This document shows positions 62,641-64,000 of a stretch of 64,000 nucleotides of DNA, in pieces (within the stretch, counting starts at the first letter, position 1; the number at the start of each line of letters is the position of its first letter). The translations under genes were made by a program, and so were the position numbers. Source of the stretch: Takakia lepidozioides (lineage: Eukaryota; Plantae; Bryophyta); NCBI GenBank assembly GCA_030704615.1, contig CM060734.1, forward strand, positions 40,796,001 to 40,860,000, written 5' to 3'. A model generated the notes under the pieces. The model was given only the letters and a program-made list of their open reading frames with translations, did no database searches and had not been told where the DNA came from.

Positions 62641-64000
62641 TGGGACCATTTCATAAGACGAGTTCTTCCAAGTCTTCTGCTTTTACACTTGTAGGGTCAT
62701 CTGCATGATAGGAAAGTTGGATTCCAGTGCTGGCATCCTGAATTCTTGGCCCACAAGAAAAGCATCCCGGGAGTTCTTTAGTGCCTGGACACTTGATACC
62801 TCCGAGGCTTTTATTTATGCTAACCTTGGTTGGCATCATATATATATATATCGACACATGAGTCATCCCATCCCGACCACCCAGACTTGGAGGGGCATAC
62901 CTCAGTTAGAGAACCCCAGTTCCGACTGCCTTGTACATGAATACTCCACTTATACCTTTGCACATGACATGGACACCATCACTTGGAAAGAGTTCGAATT
63001 TCCAAACTCGATTTACAATTTAAGGGTGGATCTTCAGTTCCTGCTCACGCTTCCGGCCAGTTTATAGGATTCCATATGCTTTTGCATCTTAGTTCTCTGT
63101 TGCATTATCTCTATCTTACATATTCTGTTTCCGTGAAACATTAGGACCCTATTACCGTGTGTCTGTAGTGTGCTCACTTCCACCAAGCGCCATTCATATG
63201 AGTTTGTTACTAACTAATTAGTGGCCTAATTGCAAGCACCAAGTTCATAGAGTTTATTTAGAAAAGTTGCGGCATGGATATGTAAGTACCTCATATGGAT
63301 TCTATGCCAATCAACATAAGACAGTACCCCACCGAGTTCATAGAGTTTACAGTACCGTAAGTGCAGCCTGCCTGTCACAGTTTCCGGGCCCATATAAAAA
63401 AATTTATGTGGGCCAGGGTCATGTTTTTCCAGGAGAGGGTGAAAATGAGTTTTGGCACTTAAGGGTTAATAAAAATAACGACAAACCAAATACATCCAAA
63501 TAGATTATGGATAGTGGTTTGGAGGTGAATCCAGACATTTCCTTCTCCTTCATGATATCATAAATATTTTCAGCAAATGTGATAATAAGACGCTAAAAAA
63601 TGGTGTATTATGACTCACACCACCACCTCCCAATATTTGTTGGCATTTGATCTATTTATTGGCTTCTCTTTATTCTAAAGAGGAGATTAAGCATCAGTGT
63701 CAAAAATCCCCAAATCCCTATGGTGTATTCCTCAGTGTCACCTCCTCTCTTTTGCTCCAAACAATTCCAAGATGTGCCTTCTCCAGGTTTACACTTTACA
63801 CCTCCCTCAGATACTAATAACTTTGTTATTGAACAACTTATGAGAAATAGATGATCAGGTTTAATATGGATTATAGTAGACTCCACTATTCACAAGGAGG
63901 AGCCATGTGAAAAAAGTCAAGAAGACGTGGGTATTCAGACAAGTATTCAAAACGCAGAGGGACAAGTCCCATGACCCCATAAACATCTGTGCTGCAGCCA

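Overview
Eukaryotic nuclear DNA from a land plant. The Tcn1-like chromovirus and the very regular PLS-DYW protein suggest a non-flowering lineage, but that is inference. Left half (1-36.6 kb): a tandem and inverted array of intronless germin-like protein (cupin) genes, with 4 intact copies, 2 truncated copies and 1 copy whose CDS has been almost entirely deleted, interleaved with transposons. The transposons are: (i) a non-chromovirus Ty3/gypsy element inserted into a relative of its own family, whose RT-RNase H is fused in frame to an unknown ~420-aa coiled-coil domain in place of integrase; (ii) an array of hairpin repeats; (iii) a Harbinger transposase remnant; (iv) an ~11-kb nest in which a copia element carries a second copia and a full-length decayed chromovirus (TSD CTAAG), and the chromovirus carries a non-autonomous CACTA (TSD TGA). 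The chromovirus shows a tRNA-independent, Tf1-like self-priming signal, a -1 frameshift signal and an extra 3' ORF. Right half (37.5-64 kb): a multi-exon mitochondrial ABC transporter (ATM3/ABCB25-like, minus strand) head-to-head with a PLS-class PPR-DYW editing factor that has a frameshift just before its DYW domain, then unexplained decayed sequence, a RING-CH (RINGv) E3 ligase gene and a probable LINE remnant. Exon and element boundaries were read by eye and may be off by a few bases.
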